Shown one piece after another: positions 63,876-64,000 of a stretch of DNA of 64,000 nucleotides; position 1 is the stretch's first letter, and every line of letters starts with the position of its first letter. Source of the stretch: Mobula hypostoma (taxonomy: Eukaryota). The stretch is from assembly GCF_963921235.1 (NCBI RefSeq), contig NC_086125.1, forward strand, positions 6,386,001-6,450,000, in the 5' to 3' direction. The translations under genes and the position numbers were made by a program. The notes below the pieces were generated by a model. It was not told the origin of the DNA. It ran no database searches and was given only the letters and a program-made list of their open reading frames with translations.

Positions 63876-64000
63876 TCCGTTGAGCCCTCTGGAGACATTG
63901 TGGGCTTATCAATGAAATGTCAAAGAAGGAGGGTGCCCACCTGATGACCCTGATGACATACCTACCCTCCCTCTTTGTCACCACTCCAAACCCACTGCCA

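Overview
Repeat-rich vertebrate genomic DNA. The repeat set (CR1, Penelope-like, Rex1/Babar, V-SINE-like) suggests a cartilaginous fish, probably a ray (inference). Two spliced loci lie on the minus strand. (1) The 5' half of PPAN (peter pan/SSF1, Brix-domain ribosome biogenesis factor): five intact coding exons with canonical splice sites (13314 down to 4301) and a small CpG-rich promoter. (2) The 3' half of a RALGPS-family Ral-GEF gene (about 52790 down to 25040). It carries several disabling lesions: a lost donor, an in-frame stop plus frameshift, a lost acceptor, a missing PH-domain exon and a degenerate GEF exon. Its position next to PPAN suggests a decaying third RALGPS paralogue, the ancestral host of ANGPTL6; a candidate antisense promoter and first exon lies near 59.2-59.6 kb. 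The rest is mostly transposon-derived: CR1 and Rex1 LINE fragments, a nested hAT element, Tc1 derivatives, solo LTRs with target-site duplications (TSDs), SINEs, and many Penelope-like fragments. The Penelope-like fragments carry minimal type-I hammerhead ribozyme motifs (three with intact cores), and several are short fold-back insertions with 12-15 bp TSDs. Gene identities rest on recalled protein sequences, not database searches. Repeat boundaries are approximate unless a TSD or TIR is quoted.
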